From the NCBI GenBank assembly GCA_965261545.1, contig CBDHDF010000006.1, forward strand, positions 64,001 to 128,000: a stretch of 64,000 nt of DNA. The letters are read 5' to 3'. Position 1 is the first letter of the stretch. Each line of letters begins with the position of its first letter. Below the pieces are notes generated by a model. That model ran no database searches and was not told the DNA's origin. It saw only the letters and a program-made list of their open reading frames with translations. Both the position numbers and the translations under genes were made by a program. Source of the DNA: Bdellovibrionales bacterium (lineage in GTDB: Bacteria; Bdellovibrionota; Bdellovibrionia; Bdellovibrionales; UBA1609). Below, piece by piece: positions 62,059 through 64,000 of this stretch.

Positions 62059-62622
62059 TTAGGGAGTACCTACTTCTTCTCTGTCACCTTCGTCTTCTTC
62101 ACCATTTTCCTCGATGGTCATTTTGTTAAAGCGAATATGAAATCCACCAAGGCCAGAGATTTTTTGACCCATGATGGTGAGATCAATTCCAAACCCTGAG
62201 TTACTTCCATGAACGGCCGTAAATGGAGTGACCTCAACTCCTCCTACGAGGAAGCTGGCGCCGGCGCTGGCTGAAATACTATAGGTTCCCATCATATCAT
62301 TAAGATTTTCAATGCCAATGCTAGATGAGAATATGGTAGCTTTATCAACGTCATTCCAGTCCAAGCCAAGACCTAGGCTTTTTATAGAAATAACTACGCT
62401 CTTTTTTACAACTTCACCGCGGAGTGCGGAGAGTGGGGAGTGACAGGTAATATCTGCGGATCCCTCTAAAACTCCATAACTTACAACAAGACCACGATTG
62501 TAGCCTTGGAGTTCACCTTTTATCTTACAGAGCCATGTGAAATCTGTGGTAGCAGAGGCTAAGTGAAGCCCCCCTAGGAAAAAGGCTGCGGCTGTGATGA
62601 GACGAAATGAAAATTTTTTCAT
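62059..62622 (-). CDS. Hypothetical secreted Gly-rich protein (loosely DUF992-like)
   Basis: Signal peptide, AAGGAGG RBS; family assignment tentative. Confidence 0.6.
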   Translation of the reverse strand: MKKFSFRLITAAAFFLGGLHLASATTDFTWLCKIKGELQGYNRGLVVSYGVLEGSADITCHSPLSALRGEVVKKSVVISIKSLGLGLDWNDVDKATIFSSSIGIENLNDMMGTYSISASAGASFLVGGVEVTPFTAVHGSNSGFGIDLTIMGQKISGLGGFHIRFNKMTIEENGEEDEGDREEVGTP

Positions 62623-62742
62623 GATAATTCCTCCTTATTGAGTTAACCTAATCTAATTTAACTCATCTTATTACAAAATGTTTGTGGATTGAGTGAGCCC
62701 CATTGCCACCCCCTCCATTGGGAATAAATGCTTATGATGTAC

Positions 62743-62867
62743 TACTATATAGTTCCTGTCCGAGAATGACCTTTTTTTGAATATTTTATCTCTCAAATCC
62801 CGTTAGGTTTGAGTAGGAGAAGCAAATTGGCGAAAAAGAGCCATTCCTGGACAGGAACTATATAGTA
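62743..62867. repeat. MITE-like element with 19-bp perfect terminal inverted repeats
   Basis: TACTATATAGTTCCTGTCC ... GGACAGGAACTATATAGTA. Confidence 0.75.
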
Positions 62868-63041
62868 ATAGGATGTATGATTATTCCCTCTTCCTTGATA
62901 GCGACCTTGTATGAAATTCTATGGGTGATGTCAATGCATTTTAAGCAATTTTTTTAAGTATTTTTTTAAGAAATATTGCATCAAATTGCATCAAATTTTC
63001 ATTCTTGAAAGTTTTCCCTAGGTGAGTTTATAATCCTACTG

Positions 63042-64000
63042 ATGTCAGACTCAAAAATCTTAGAAAACTTAAAAAAGAAAATGGAAGATATTCAGACTCG
63101 TGCTCTTCGAGGCTTTGAGTTCGCAAAGAATTCACAGGATCTTTACGAAATCAAAGTCCAATACATGGGCAAGCAGGGTGAGATGTCACTTCTTATGGGA
63201 GAGATGAGTAAGCTTCCCCGTGAGAGGCGGCCTGCCTTTGGTAAATTCGTCAATAAAAGCAAGCAATCCTTAGCGAAGCAGTATTTATTTCGAGAGGAAG
63301 AACTGAAAAAAAAAGAACTTGCCGAAAAGCTTGCGAGGGAAAGGTTAGACCTCACCCTTCCTGGTCCCCAGAGGGATGTGGGAACTCAGCACCCCGTGAC
63401 GGTGGTCATGGACGAGGTGGTCGATATTTTGGCTCGCATTGGTTATAGTGTGCGTATGGGGCCACTTATTGAAAGAAATCATTACAACTTTGAAGCGCTC
63501 AATATACCCAAAGACCACCCCGCTCGGGATGAGCAAGACACCTTTTACATAGACGATCGCCATGTTTTAAGAACCCATACTTCACCCGTTCAGGTGAGAA
63601 CTATGGAAGCAGAAAATCCCCCCATTCGTATTCTCGCTCCGGGGCCAGTTTTTCGTTGTGATAGCGACATCTCCCATTCCCCTAATTTTTATCAAATAGA
63701 GGGCCTTTTGGTGGATAAAAAAGTCTCCATGGCAGACTTAAAGGGGACGATTTCTTTTTTTGTTCATGGATTTTTAGGAAAAGATATAAAAACAAGGTTT
63801 CGACCTAGCTTCTTTCCCTTCACAGAGCCCTCTGCGGAAGTGGATTGTTCCTGTCCCATTTGTAAGGGAAGGGGTTGCCGTATGTGTAAAAACTCTGGCT
63901 GGGTGGAACTTGGAGGCTGTGGCTTGGTCAACCCCAAAGTCTTTGAGATGAGTGGTATTGATCCTCAAGTTTGGCAAGGTTTTGCCTTTGGATTTGGCGT
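63042..64000 (+). CDS. pheS: Phenylalanine-tRNA ligase alpha subunit, 3' end outside window
   Basis: Absent from the ORF track; manual translation gives [36 protein letters not shown]. Confidence 0.96.
   Translation, partial: MSDSKILENLKKKMEDIQTRALRGFEFAKNSQDLYEIKVQYMGKQGEMSLLMGEMSKLPRERRPAFGKFVNKSKQSLAKQYLFREEELKKKELAEKLARERLDLTLPGPQRDVGTQHPVTVVMDEVVDILARIGYSVRMGPLIERNHYNFEALNIPKDHPARDEQDTFYIDDRHVLRTHTSPVQVRTMEAENPPIRILAPGPVFRCDSDISHSPNFYQIEGLLVDKKVSMADLKGTISFFVHGFLGKDIKTRFRPSFFPFTEPSAEVDCSCPICKGRGCRMCKNSGWVELGGCGLVNPKVFEMSGIDPQVWQGFAFGFG

Noticed and set aside
6..63977. Numerous short antisense or alternate-frame ORFs in the supplied track
   Set aside because: Shadow ORFs of well-supported genes such as pheS, purD, engB and the TRAP permease

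Overview
64 kb of a bacterial chromosome, probably Bdellovibrionota (inferred from gene content, not proven). The housekeeping backbone includes xth, fxsA, a THUMP rRNA methyltransferase, TamB plus a BamA/TamA-like gene, lptB, a TAXI-TRAP pair, hbd, rpsT, murJ, a 7TM-HD phosphodiesterase, ybeY, engB, kdsB, purD-tsaC, aroB and pheS. Two stacks of nested insertion sequences interrupt it. Stack 1 (1-11.6 kb): an IS4-family element carrying an ISL3 and an IS21 (A); IS21-A in turn carries two different IS1634 elements, and a second IS1634-B copy splits a GLUG lipoprotein gene. Stack 2 (28.9-35.2 kb): an intact IS21-A inside a different IS21 (B) that truncates a pilin-like gene; it is followed by small palindromic elements, pseudogene debris and a Ppl-like PHP-ATPase plus Schlafen/AlbA_2 gene pair. 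The most unusual signal is a ~98-bp hairpin cassette bounded by DnaA-box sequences, with compensatory base changes and one-strand G-T/G-U bias, found downstream of the transposase genes of three unrelated IS elements. Other notable items: 53- and 125-bp target duplications made by IS1634-B, a PurD-TsaC fusion, a candidate sigma28-driven sRNA with an anti-Shine-Dalgarno loop, and pervasive in-frame micro-duplications in core proteins. Several 1-bp homopolymer deletions may be sequencing errors. No rRNA, tRNA, CRISPR array or reverse transcriptase was recognised. All alignments were done by eye.
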